The notes under the pieces: generated by a model
The model's input: only the letters and a program-made list of their open reading frames with translations
Database searches by the model: none
What the model was told of the DNA's origin: nothing
Shown: positions 1-10,034 of the stretch, one piece after another
How positions within the stretch are numbered: the stretch's first letter is position 1
Layout: each line of letters begins with the position of its first letter
DNA from: Nitrososphaeria archaeon
GTDB taxonomy: Archaea > Thermoproteota > Nitrososphaeria > JACIWG01
DNA length: 64,000 bases
Direction of reading: 5' to 3'
NCBI GenBank assembly: GCA_050011875.1
Contig: JBEKIG010000003.1
Coordinates: 32,001 to 96,000, forward strand
Made by a program: the position numbers and the translations under genes

Positions 1-322
1 ATCTTTCAGCGATTACTATAAAACCCAGTAAGTTTGGAATGACAAAGCGCAGCAAGATTATTGGAATAACGGAAATAAATTCTATTAATTTCCATATAGG
101 GAGAAATTTCTTGGGAATAGTTATTTGATAGTAAGGATTATCTTCTCCTTTAAAGATTGCAAATTTTCTAAGAAATCTTGCGATAACAGATGCTATAGTG
201 TGACTTCCTCTCATCCATGAAAGCTTTGTTTTATACCCTTTACCTTGAAGGTTAGTCGCGAGTGTTCTAGCCAAAGAAGTCTTTCCAGATCCGTCAGGTC
301 CAAAAAAGCAAATGATCGTCAT
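1..322 (-). CDS. Thymidylate-kinase-like P-loop protein (N-terminal part; runs off window start)
   Basis: Manual translation from ATG at 322: MTIICFFGPDGSGKTSLAR...VIAER; Walker A GxDGSGKT; ATGA overlap with the upstream ORF stop; absent from the ORF track because it is open-ended. Confidence 0.8.
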   Translation of the reverse strand, partial: MTIICFFGPDGSGKTSLARTLATNLQGKGYKTKLSWMRGSHTIASVIARFLRKFAIFKGEDNPYYQITIPKKFLPIWKLIEFISVIPIILLRFVIPNLLGFIVIAER

Positions 323-1053
323 TTTTTATTCGCATCGTCCTTAACTAGTAAATATTTCCAATTCCTATTTAGGAATTCTATTATAATTTTTTGTATTTCT
401 TTGATTGTTTTATTGTCAATTCTAAGATAGAGAAGTTTGGAACAAAGTTTCTTTGAAATATTCAAAAGAACCGAACGTTGCATACCAATATAGTCAGGAG
501 CAATTAATATATTCGTATAAAGTTCAGCACGGATATTCCTATTCATCCAATGCGTTAGGAGATCTTTTGTGTTCGTATCAAGGAAAATGATCAAATAAGA
601 TCCACCTAAATAGGATAGTTTTTGCATATAATTTATCGCAAAAGAAAGATCCTTAATAGGATATCCAATTGACCTTGCAAGGTACATATAATCTGATATT
701 GCTGCCGGAAAATATTCCTCCACTATAACTATCCTTCCCCTCTTAATTGGGATAAAGATTTTTAAAAAGAAGAGGATGGACAGGCTTATTAAGTCAAGTG
801 TTAACCATAACCTTAAAATTTTTTTCGTAAGTTCAGGTTTATTTTCTATTAATGTACGTATTGGGTAAGAATGTTCTTTATCCTTAACTAGCAGTTCAAC
901 TAAAAAGATATTTAAAAGATATGCTAACAGATGATTGGTTTTCAGGAAAGTTTTCCGAACCTTAAATCCATCAGATTTGAGTCTTGACTCAAGAAGTCGT
1001 ATCTGAGTCGATTTTCCAACTCCTACTGTTCCAAGAAAGACTAAGACAGACAT
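319..1053 (-). CDS. Thymidylate-kinase-like P-loop protein
   Basis: MSVLVFLGTVGVGKST Walker A and IVIVEEY strand; start moved from 1128 to ATG 1053 to remove the overlap with the upstream GT. Confidence 0.7.
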   Translation of the reverse strand: MSVLVFLGTVGVGKSTQIRLLESRLKSDGFKVRKTFLKTNHLLAYLLNIFLVELLVKDKEHSYPIRTLIENKPELTKKILRLWLTLDLISLSILFFLKIFIPIKRGRIVIVEEYFPAAISDYMYLARSIGYPIKDLSFAINYMQKLSYLGGSYLIIFLDTNTKDLLTHWMNRNIRAELYTNILIAPDYIGMQRSVLLNISKKLCSKLLYLRIDNKTIKEIQKIIIEFLNRNWKYLLVKDDANKK

Positions 1054-1078
1054 CTTATCAATAACATTTCCGGTTGTT

Positions 1079-2311
1079 CTAATTTTCAAGGAGAATCTTA
1101 GATAATTTCTGCACGATAGAATCTTCATTGAACCTTTCCAATGTTGAATTTCTGAGACTTAAGCCAATATTGGAAAGTTGTTCTCCAGACAATGGAAGTA
1201 CATATTCAACTTTATCTACTAATCCATTTAAATTGTCAGGTTTAAAAACCATTTTTTCTGCAAAAGTTCCCTGGACAATTTCTGGAATACCTCCTACTTC
1301 AGAGACTATGGGAATAGTTCCCTTTAACATCGATTCTAGAACAGTATAAGATAAGGGTTCTTCCCAAATCGAAGTAAATAGTAATGCATTACTTATAGAA
1401 TATAGTTTCGACATTTCTTCTCCATTTATTCGATCGAAAATTGATAACCTTCCTTCAAGTACTTTATCGCTCAATTTCAACAAAGTATCTTTTGCTTTTA
1501 AGTTAAAGGTATAGTTTGTGGTTGCAAGAAATAATTTCGTTTTCTTATGTTTTCCAAATACTTTTCCAAATGCGTTTAGAACCAAATGGAAGCCCTTAAA
1601 GTATCGATCACCACCCAAGTACAGGAATGCTGGATTTTCTATCTTTTTTTCAATTAAAGGGATATGTGGCAACGGGTTATAGGCAACTTTGATCTTGTTT
1701 TGAATTTCAGGTAGAACTAATCCAACAATCTGGCCTTGTCTTTTTGAAACACAAATCACTTTATCGGCGCCCATTATCCATAGTTTACTTAATCTATTAA
1801 TTGGGGTCATAGAAGATGAGAGCAGCGCTTTGTATACATTATGCTTTTCAAGAATTTCGAATTCCATGCTTCTCCTAATATCATCTAATAATCCAAATTT
1901 AAAGTCTGATGCTGTACGACTAAAGACACCTGCACAATACGTAATAGGCTGGTAGTCATGAAGATGAACTAAAACTTTCTTGCCAAGTTTCTTTGCATTT
2001 GGAACAAGAGGATAAGCAAGTCTTGGTATATATGTGATATCATTGTTTTTTATAATTTTATTGAAAGAACCCAGTTTACTTGCTGTCATTAGATTTCTCC
2101 ATAAGTGTATCTTCGTTGGAGTGTCTAAAATATCTGAGTAAATAAAATTGGCACCATCTGTCTTGTATGGTTCTTTTGTTCCTGTCAGTACAGTAATTTT
2201 TAAGTCATTGTTTGTCGCACTCAACAAGCTAAGTATTAAATAAGTGGCAAACTCAGCCCCTCCACCTTGCGGCCAATACTTTTCAGAAATTACAAGAATT
2301 TTGGTAGTCAT
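1079..2311 (-). CDS. Glycosyltransferase family 4
   Basis: KILVISEKYWPQGGGAE N-terminus; KG motif; EPLSYTVLES (Ex7E). Confidence 0.9.
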   Translation of the reverse strand: MTTKILVISEKYWPQGGGAEFATYLILSLLSATNNDLKITVLTGTKEPYKTDGANFIYSDILDTPTKIHLWRNLMTASKLGSFNKIIKNNDITYIPRLAYPLVPNAKKLGKKVLVHLHDYQPITYCAGVFSRTASDFKFGLLDDIRRSMEFEILEKHNVYKALLSSSMTPINRLSKLWIMGADKVICVSKRQGQIVGLVLPEIQNKIKVAYNPLPHIPLIEKKIENPAFLYLGGDRYFKGFHLVLNAFGKVFGKHKKTKLFLATTNYTFNLKAKDTLLKLSDKVLEGRLSIFDRINGEEMSKLYSISNALLFTSIWEEPLSYTVLESMLKGTIPIVSEVGGIPEIVQGTFAEKMVFKPDNLNGLVDKVEYVLPLSGEQLSNIGLSLRNSTLERFNEDSIVQKLSKILLEN

Positions 2312-2456
2312 CTAAATCATTTCAATTAATTTCACAATATCTTTTTCTTCTTGCCCATCGTAAGCAATATGAGCACGGTATATTTATCGCCGTTCCTATC
2401 TCATATGCAAAGATAGTCGGTGAAGACAGGATGACTCCTGTCAAAATGGGTGCTAA

Positions 2457-2898
2457 TACTTTTACAAAACCTGAAATAGAAGTAGCAGAAGTTGTAGATG
2501 ATGATGAAGTTGAAGTACTTACAGTTATTGCACTTGACCACAATTCAACATCTGATTCTGCTGTATTTCTCATATAGAGCCTACCCTCTATGACATATGT
2601 TCCAGCTTTTGGAGGAGTCCATATCCAACTATAACTTGTTGGTACATTTATTGCTGGAGGAAGACCTTGTGGTGGACCCTTCGCACCTGAAGCCGTCATA
2701 TTATACCAATAAACTCCTACACCTAAAGTATTATTAACATAATAACTTAAATCAAAATATTGAAGAGCAATATTTGGACCCGTGCATACTCCTGTAACTG
2801 TCACATTAAATGTTGATTGTGAAAGTTGTTTAACCATTACTTTTACAAAACCTGAAATAGAAGTAGCAGAAGTTGTAGACGATGTTGAAGTTGAAGTA
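2457..2898. repeat. 61-bp intragenic direct repeat (2457-2517 and 2838-2898)
   Basis: tacttttacaaaacctgaaatagaagtagcagaagttgtaga... two mismatches, 381 bp apart (in frame); encodes the ...SSTTSATSISGFVKV segment twice. Confidence 0.9.
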
Positions 2899-3023
2899 GT
2901 CGAAGTTGAAGTAGTCGAAGTTGAAGTTTTCGGAGTAGTTGAAGTAGTCGAAGTTGAAGTTTTCGGAGTAGTTGAAGTAGTCGAAGTTGAAGTTTTCGGA
3001 GTAGTTGAAGTAGTCGAAGTTGA
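2893..3023. repeat. 33-bp tandem repeat (about 3.5 copies, 2908-3023) plus a 15-bp sub-unit
   Basis: gaagtagtcgaagttgaagttttcggagtagtt at 2908, 2941, 2974 and partial at 3007. Confidence 0.95.
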
Positions 3024-4432
3024 TCAAAGGAGTAGTTCCCTGAAAGGAGAACGTTGTTGAGATATACTCTTGTAGGTTTTCCTTGATTACCGCACCAAAC
3101 TTTAACTAGATAACTATTACCATTTAGACCGGTGACATTAAATCCCGCAATATTATTGTTCAAAGAAATTATCGTTAAGTTGTCAGATGTCTCCCAACCT
3201 ATGTTTGGAGAAAACGCCTGCAGTGTTGAGAGATGCCAAAATCTTATCGAATCACTATTTAGGTATGTGAAATTATCAAAGTATATAGTGGAAGGAGAAA
3301 ATCTTATTGCTGCACCGTTCTGTAACTGAAAATAGTAGATTGAAGTGTCTAAGCTGTAAACATAGGCTGCCGTAGTTGTGATTGTCGATTTCACTGCGTC
3401 TAACATTTCAACCCAATTGGAATTAGCTGAGGTAAAATTCGCTTGATAAGTTCCCGTTGACGATACAATACGATATTCTGAAGTCATTGTATCATAAGAA
3501 TCCATATGAACTATTGATGTAAAAGGTGATACTGCAGCCAAGTTAGTTAATCCGCCAGGACGACCTTCAACGTCTGCAATAAGCATGTCATTGGCATTTG
3601 TTGTAGCTTTTTGGGCGTAAACTGGATTAGACGAAGTTCCACTAGTTTTAATGGTTGAACCATCGAAAGGAGATGTTGTATTGGCATTTAAAATATCATA
3701 AAGTATCATTCCAAAATACTCATAACTCGAACTGGATGTGACATCAAAACCTATCGCACCATGCGATGACCAAACAGCGTAATATCTGTAAACATTATAA
3801 CTGCCTGAAGAAGTTGAATTTTTTAAAGTTACAGTAATACCCTTATTATCTGTGACTGATGTAATTGTTTTCCCATAGGAACCTATATCCAATATTATAA
3901 GAGCATTATTTGCAGTCGTATTTAATCCGATTACATAACTTTTTGTATTACAAGTATCTTTTGAATTAATCTTGTCAAGAACAATAACGCCTGTGGCGTG
4001 AACTACATTTTCTCCGAAAAACAATGAAAAAGAAGTTAACATCGTTAAAACGAAAATGGACACTAAAACAATAGATACAGTTTTCTTATATCCTAACTTT
4101 CTAAGCATGCCAATTACACTAACTGAAATAAATATATTTAAACTTTTTATTAAGTTTATTTAAACCTTTCTAAAAAATTTCACCAATTTCTTCATTTTTT
4201 ATTGTGAAAATTTATCAACTAACTATTTGGAATAATCTCATAGACATGACTACGGTCCTGCAGATACTGATAGTCTAATCTCTAGTATTTAAAGAACGTA
4301 GAGAATAATACAAATTGAGACCCAAATCCAAAAAATTTTTCTAAAATAGCACTTTGAGGATGATTTTCGAGTTCTGTCCTTCTGGTTTTACCAAGTTAAA
4401 CGCCTTTTGGACACTACTAGTTAAACTTACTA

Positions 4433-5446
4433 TTATGGTATGAAATGGTATCTTTGCAGTATCTTCTTTGGCCTTATTAGTCCATACTTAAACGATGCCA
4501 ATTTCCTTTGATCAAATGTATATGGCGGAATTCTACCTAGTTTATATAGATTCAAAGAATTCGTATTATTTACAAAGTTTTCCATCGTTACCGCAGCACT
4601 AAATCCTACTTTTTTCAAGCAATCCACAACCCCCTCACTATATGTCCCAAAAGGATATGCAAATGTCATAAATTGTGATCTACTGTACTCTCTTACGAAA
4701 GAGTATGCTTCATAGAGTTCGTTTTGAAGTCTATCCGAAGCAAGTATGGGTAGGCTGACATGACAAAATCCATGACCGCCTATTTCAATGCCATATTCAA
4801 CCATTTCCTTAAGTTCATCGTGGTTAAGCATAATTGGTAACTCTAAGGCTTTGGAAACATCGATACCTGAAGTATCCACTAGTTTTTTTATGAATAAATT
4901 TATACCTTCGATGTCTTCATTCAATAGTTTATTGATAAAATTTTGCTTAACTCTAATCTTATCGTTTATACTGTATATTATGGAAGTCCCAAATTGTGCG
5001 AGGTCTAGCTTTGTGGGTATATCCAAATGGTCGATTATAAATGCCAATTGCTCATACCATGGAATGGTCTTATACTTCACAAAGCTTGAGGGGACAAAGA
5101 CTGTACATCTAATGCCATATTTACGCATTATTGGGAAAGCATACTTGTATACGCCTACATATCCATCGTCGAAGGTCAGAACTGCGATTCTCTTAGGTGA
5201 TTCACCTCGACGGATCAAGCATAAAGCTTCTCCTAGTGGCAGTATCGAGTAGCCAACTTTCTTTAGATACTTTATTTGCATTTCAAGTATCTGACTTGGT
5301 AAAGGCTTCTCTTGCAACCAAGAGATTTCATTTTTTCCAATATTATGATACATCACAATAGCTAATGGGTCAATAGGGAAAAATTTGGCGAAATGATCAA
5401 TAATACCCGCCTTATCGAATAAGATTAAAAAGGAGCTTAAGCTCAT
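4433..5446 (-). CDS. Polysaccharide deacetylase (NodB/CE4)
   Basis: MYH, LTFDDGY, IGGHGFCH and FAYPFG motifs. Confidence 0.9.
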   Translation of the reverse strand: MSLSSFLILFDKAGIIDHFAKFFPIDPLAIVMYHNIGKNEISWLQEKPLPSQILEMQIKYLKKVGYSILPLGEALCLIRRGESPKRIAVLTFDDGYVGVYKYAFPIMRKYGIRCTVFVPSSFVKYKTIPWYEQLAFIIDHLDIPTKLDLAQFGTSIIYSINDKIRVKQNFINKLLNEDIEGINLFIKKLVDTSGIDVSKALELPIMLNHDELKEMVEYGIEIGGHGFCHVSLPILASDRLQNELYEAYSFVREYSRSQFMTFAYPFGTYSEGVVDCLKKVGFSAAVTMENFVNNTNSLNLYKLGRIPPYTFDQRKLASFKYGLIRPKKILQRYHFIP

Positions 5447-5796
5447 AAAAAATTATAGATAGCTTTCATTTGCCTTTTTTCTTGTAAATTTTAATCTTCA
5501 ACTGGTTCATTTTATATTTTTTTCTTATATCGTCTATCAAAATTTTCAGGTAAGAAGCTTTAAATGAAGAATTCCTAAAACCCTTTTTTCCATCATATCA
5601 TCAATAAGTTACTACTATGCAATTATAACTTTTATGGTATCGTCTTTAGAAATCTTCGCGAGAATATCTTGCAACAAATAAAAAATAAAAGGGACAATGG
5701 GAGGGAATACTCTAAGACCATATTTCCTTAGAACGTCTTCATGAAAGAAAACAGAGTTTGTCACAATATTAGTAGAAGGAGGATTCTTTTTCAAAT

Positions 5797-6996
5797 TTAA
5801 TAATTCATCACATTTCGGTAAATAGTTTGAATTTGTTCCGCATATAGGTGTGGTCCCAATTTTTTCTCAGCAAAGGCTCTTCCCCTTAGGCCTAGTTCTT
5901 TAGAAAATCCTTCATTTTCCACAATAGAGGTTATACTTTTGGTAAATTTATTGACGTCAAAAGGACTAACTGCAAACCCTGCTCCAGAGTCTTCTATCAT
6001 CTCTTTAACTCCTCCGACGGCAAAACCTATGACAGGTTTTCCTAAAGAGAACGCTTCAGCAACCGTATATCCGAATGCTTCGAACCCTAGAACAGGCATA
6101 ATTACAGCTCTGCATCTGCTAATAATCTCAACCTTTTCTTTGGATACAAAGCCATGATATATTATATTTTTATATTCTCTGGAGCTTTTTCTTACTTCTT
6201 CCTCTAATAGTCCTGCTCCCATGACATTAAAGGTTGTCTCTGGCAATCTCTGAGCCATATCTGATAGAAGATGAACACCCTTCTGATAATTTAATCTAGC
6301 ACAGAAAGCAACTGCATTCCTTCCTCCATATTTGGGCTCCATGTTGATTAACTCCTCAGGAATAAGATTTGGCAGTGTATAGATTCTTTTAAGCTTCAGA
6401 CTTTGTTCAATGGATTTAGCAAGCGACTTGCAAGGAGATATGACCGCTTTAGAGTTGCGAAGCAAAGAACGGAGGGAATAATGTAAATTGATTCCGTCAA
6501 TTAATCTGCTTACCTTATTTTCTTTATACAATTCAGCAACTTTCATTAAGCATCTAATACAATGTGTTTGCACACCCAAATTGCTACATATAATTTGTTC
6601 TGGAAGCTTAACTGCCCACCCGCTAGGGCATACATACATCCAACTGTGGACCGTGGTTACAATGGGGATATCCATCTTCTTTGCGACATTGACTATGTTT
6701 CTAGGATATCTAGCATTAGCTACGTTAACATGGATGATATCCGGTTTTTCATCTTTCAGGACCTCTTCAAGTTTTTGCCTTAAAATTTCATCTCTAAAAT
6801 CTCTTATAATAGGCGTCTTCAAACCGATTATGCCAACTATTCTATTATCTTCAGATGAACTGCCAAGTAAAATCCTAATCGCCTTATTCCCCAATATATC
6901 TTCATTTACTTTAGCTAGAAGTTCAACATAAAGTTCTTTGCCAAAAAGGCCTTTCCCAGAACCAAACCCAGAATCATCTATGACAGCAATTTTCAT
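5797..6996 (-). CDS. Glycosyltransferase family 4 with Cys-rich insert
   Basis: PDIIHVN, TVHSWMYVCP, QKG, EAFGYTVAEA. Confidence 0.9.
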   Translation of the reverse strand: MKIAVIDDSGFGSGKGLFGKELYVELLAKVNEDILGNKAIRILLGSSSEDNRIVGIIGLKTPIIRDFRDEILRQKLEEVLKDEKPDIIHVNVANARYPRNIVNVAKKMDIPIVTTVHSWMYVCPSGWAVKLPEQIICSNLGVQTHCIRCLMKVAELYKENKVSRLIDGINLHYSLRSLLRNSKAVISPCKSLAKSIEQSLKLKRIYTLPNLIPEELINMEPKYGGRNAVAFCARLNYQKGVHLLSDMAQRLPETTFNVMGAGLLEEEVRKSSREYKNIIYHGFVSKEKVEIISRCRAVIMPVLGFEAFGYTVAEAFSLGKPVIGFAVGGVKEMIEDSGAGFAVSPFDVNKFTKSITSIVENEGFSKELGLRGRAFAEKKLGPHLYAEQIQTIYRNVMNY

Positions 6997-7003
6997 TTTT
7001 GTC

Positions 7004-8065
7004 TTATGCCTTAATTTTATTTACTATAAAACCTATTAATGTCAGATAAGTTCTTAAAGATCTTATTAGGAACATAAGAATAGGGAATGCTATTCTTTGA
7101 AGTCGCGAAAACACTCTATAATACCCTTTGTACCAATTATGTAGAACAATGACTGAGCCTAACGATAGGGTATAGGTTACAAAATAGAACCAGCCTTTGA
7201 TGAATAAAGCTATCAATATCATAGGATTGGTGAAATAGAATAAGTATTCGAGCAATTGAGTTGTTGGACTCACTTTTAGAACCTGAATCATACTCCACCA
7301 GTTCGCTTTGATGTACTGTCTGATATATTTCTTAATATACCCCGGAAAAAGTGAAAAATTTTCTCCTTCGAGCACTGTTCCTTTTTTATTTTTAGAGTCA
7401 ACATCTCTTCCCTCTAAGTGTACCTGCGTTATCGTTCCATCGACTATCATCGTATAACCATTCTTTCTCATTCTACTTCCAAGTTCCCAGTCCTCATGTA
7501 TTGAAAGAGGTAATCCCATGTCTTCCCTAAAGAAACCAATTTTCGTTAGAACATCTTTTCTATAAGCAGTAACCAATAAAGCAGAGGAAATTGTTGTTTT
7601 TATTCCTAAGTATTTCATATGATTTAACTTATATTTCATTGATATTTTATTGATCCCTTCTGGGACACAAGGGAAAGTGACTGCAGCCACCTTACTATCT
7701 TCTGAAAATATGTTTAATGCATGTTCCAATGTCAAGGGATGTACTTTGACATCGTCTGGGAGTACCAGTTGTATCTCTCCTTTACTTTCGTTTATACCTT
7801 TATTCCAGGCTTTGGTTGCTATGTTTTCTTCTATATATAGAACTCGAATGTTGGAGAAAAGATTTGGATTCATTTCCAAAAATCCTTTAATCGCAGTTTG
7901 TGATTCGTTATCATTAAAATCACAAACTATTAGCATTTCCAAGCTCTTAGGATCGTACTCGATCGACGCCAATGATTCTAATGTCCTTATCAAAGTATCG
8001 CTACTATGATATGTTCTTATGATCAAGGAGACAAATGGAATCCAATTCTTTAGAGGTTTACCCAT
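7004..8065 (-). CDS. Glycosyltransferase family 2 with C-terminal TM helices
   Basis: VSLIIRTY, PDD, HEDWELGSR; start moved to ATG 8065; paralog of 8810..9937. Confidence 0.85.
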   Translation of the reverse strand: MGKPLKNWIPFVSLIIRTYHSSDTLIRTLESLASIEYDPKSLEMLIVCDFNDNESQTAIKGFLEMNPNLFSNIRVLYIEENIATKAWNKGINESKGEIQLVLPDDVKVHPLTLEHALNIFSEDSKVAAVTFPCVPEGINKISMKYKLNHMKYLGIKTTISSALLVTAYRKDVLTKIGFFREDMGLPLSIHEDWELGSRMRKNGYTMIVDGTITQVHLEGRDVDSKNKKGTVLEGENFSLFPGYIKKYIRQYIKANWWSMIQVLKVSPTTQLLEYLFYFTNPMILIALFIKGWFYFVTYTLSLGSVIVLHNWYKGYYRVFSRLQRIAFPILMFLIRSLRTYLTLIGFIVNKIKA

Positions 8066-8075
8066 GTTGTTCAAA

Positions 8076-8813
8076 TCAAATAACATAGTTGTTGGAAGAC
8101 TGCCTCGGTAGATTTGATGATATCGTATAATATGCATCAATGTAGGTCATGAATTTTGTATCAGGCCTAAAATCGAACAAAAAATCTTCATAAACTTCAT
8201 TCATCATTCTTTGCTTTAAAATAGTCATAACATATTTGTTCAAACGTCCCTTGGTCCCAACGGAAAGGACAAAATAAAGTGGATGTACAAGTACAGTAAC
8301 CAGTTCAGATCTGTTAAGTTTCTTTTTTAAATCCTTCTTGAATCTCACATATCCTTCCTTAGCACCAAAGTTTCTTACGTAGTACAAGTCAAAATCAATA
8401 GGCGTTGGCATAACGAAAGTTTTAACTTGATAATTTGGAAAACCATAACCTTCCATATACTTAAGCCCTAGAGATTCCATGGTAACCCATGTGGCATCGC
8501 CGCGAAACCCAATAGTCGAGCCACAAGGTGTTACACCATTTATGTTTGCTACTCTTTCCTTCAAAAAGTTTAATTCGTTAGTAGAAGCAGGTAGTTTCGG
8601 ATCATTTGTCGTATTGATAAGGTGCAGCCCCACTTCCCATCCTTCACTCTCGATTTGCCTAAGATAATTGCAATATTTTTCTGAGTTCAGAAGATCTGTT
8701 CGCACGAAAAAAGTTGATCTCACTTTATACTTACGTTCAAGTGCAATTACCTTAGATATACCCCACTTTAGATCCCAAACTGTATCAACATCATGCCTTA
8801 ATCCTATGATCAA
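8076..8813 (-). CDS. Polysaccharide deacetylase-like (CE4 superfamily) protein
   Basis: LRHDVD, STFFV, EVGLH and LVHP motifs. Confidence 0.75.
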   Translation of the reverse strand: MIIGLRHDVDTVWDLKWGISKVIALERKYKVRSTFFVRTDLLNSEKYCNYLRQIESEGWEVGLHLINTTNDPKLPASTNELNFLKERVANINGVTPCGSTIGFRGDATWVTMESLGLKYMEGYGFPNYQVKTFVMPTPIDFDLYYVRNFGAKEGYVRFKKDLKKKLNRSELVTVLVHPLYFVLSVGTKGRLNKYVMTILKQRMMNEVYEDFLFDFRPDTKFMTYIDAYYTISSNLPRQSSNNYVI

Positions 8814-9937
8814 AATTCGGAAACTCCTTTATAAATCTTATTTTTGAACGCATTCAATGTTAAACCGATTATAAACGCATATGTCCTGACAGACCTTACT
8901 ACGAATAATATAATCGGGTATCCAAAACGATCGTTATAACCATAGGTTTTATAATGACCCTTGAAAAAGCTCCAAAAAATTATTAAAACGAAAATTGATA
9001 CAAAGTATGTCGATGAATAAAACCGATTGTTCAAAATTAAAATCAGAAGTAAAATTGGATTCATGAAGTAAAAAACGTACTCCAGTAACTGGCTTAAGGG
9101 GCTGACCTTTAAGACTTGAAGCATGCTCCACCAATGCTTTGTAGCATAGCCTTTGACATAATTTATTGACTTAGAAATTGGTGAACGTAATCCCATATAC
9201 TTAACATCCTTCTTATCTAAGTGAAACTTTTGGGGGTCTTTTTTTCGATCTGTCAAATCGTATACATGGTTTAGGACAACTGTTCCGTCAATAACTACTC
9301 TGTACCCATGTTTTTCAAGTCTTGAACCAAGTTCCCAGTCTTCGTGAATCGAATTTGGTGGGCCCATATCTTCTCTATAGAACCCAACTTCTTCGAGTGC
9401 ATCCATCCTAAACAGAGTACAGGGTGACACTGCATTTACACTAGTTTGTGCTCCAATAAATCTTCCATAATTTAACTTTTCATCTATACGTGGATACTTT
9501 GGCATTGCGGGAAATGCGACCGCAGCAATATGCTGATCGGATAAAATAATTTCTAAGGCTTTCTTAAGGCAATTTTTTTCAAGTAATGTATCATCGTCGA
9601 CAAGCATAACAAATCTATCTGGGGAATGCCTTAATCCGTAGTTTCTTTCAATATCTGCATTGGGTGTTTCCAATAACTTTAAGTCCACATTCAAAGTACC
9701 TGTTTCTTTGACTTCATTTACGTATTTTTTAGCTTCATCGTCATTTGTGTCAGCAACAACAGTCGTACTTATTCTATCTCTGGGATAATCCAATTCAGCT
9801 ATCGAATGCAGTACGAGTTTAAGTGCTTGCCCCGCATAAAATGTAGGTATGACTATGCAAACATGTGGGAGAACAGACACGTATGGCTCTTTTGGATTCT
9901 TTTCTATGTTTGCTGAATTATTTAGCAAATGATTCAA
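8810..9937 (-). CDS. Glycosyltransferase family 2 with C-terminal TM helices
   Basis: IVIPTF, VDDD, HEDWELGSR; paralog of 7004..8065. Confidence 0.85.
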   Translation of the reverse strand: MNHLLNNSANIEKNPKEPYVSVLPHVCIVIPTFYAGQALKLVLHSIAELDYPRDRISTTVVADTNDDEAKKYVNEVKETGTLNVDLKLLETPNADIERNYGLRHSPDRFVMLVDDDTLLEKNCLKKALEIILSDQHIAAVAFPAMPKYPRIDEKLNYGRFIGAQTSVNAVSPCTLFRMDALEEVGFYREDMGPPNSIHEDWELGSRLEKHGYRVVIDGTVVLNHVYDLTDRKKDPQKFHLDKKDVKYMGLRSPISKSINYVKGYATKHWWSMLQVLKVSPLSQLLEYVFYFMNPILLLILILNNRFYSSTYFVSIFVLIIFWSFFKGHYKTYGYNDRFGYPIILFVVRSVRTYAFIIGLTLNAFKNKIYKGVSEF

Positions 9938-10034
9938 GATATTAACTCAAGAAAATAAATTATGTCCATGTTCAGTACATTGTTCTCCTTTCTGCCTGAA
10001 CTTGATTAATATGAAGATAGACAACCTCGCATTT

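Larger units (their letters stand above)
2322..4108 (-). pseudogene. Secreted, membrane-anchored Ser/Thr-rich surface glycoprotein, broken by a frameshift near 3024
   Basis: Sec signal peptide and many NxS/T sequons in 2843..4108; the repeat reads (TTPKTSTSTTS)n only in the frame of ORF 2322..2837, which has TGA just upstream; hydrophobic plus basic C-terminus. Could be an assembly error rather than a true pseudogene. Confidence 0.65.

Noticed and set aside
2893-3023. Repeat array as a possible CRISPR
   Set aside because: Units are contiguous with no unique spacers, are codon-phased and encode a Ser/Thr linker; no cas genes in the window
2782-3060. Repetitive ORFs VEVVEV (2782..3060), NFDYFNYSE (2830..3027) and the LRLLQLL tail as repeat peptides or RiPP precursors
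   Set aside because: They are alternative-frame or antisense readings of the 33-bp repeat
5624-5794. 56-codon minus-strand ORF after the GT4, and similar short frames at 11108-11370
   Set aside because: No recognisable motif; possibly decayed genes but not supportable
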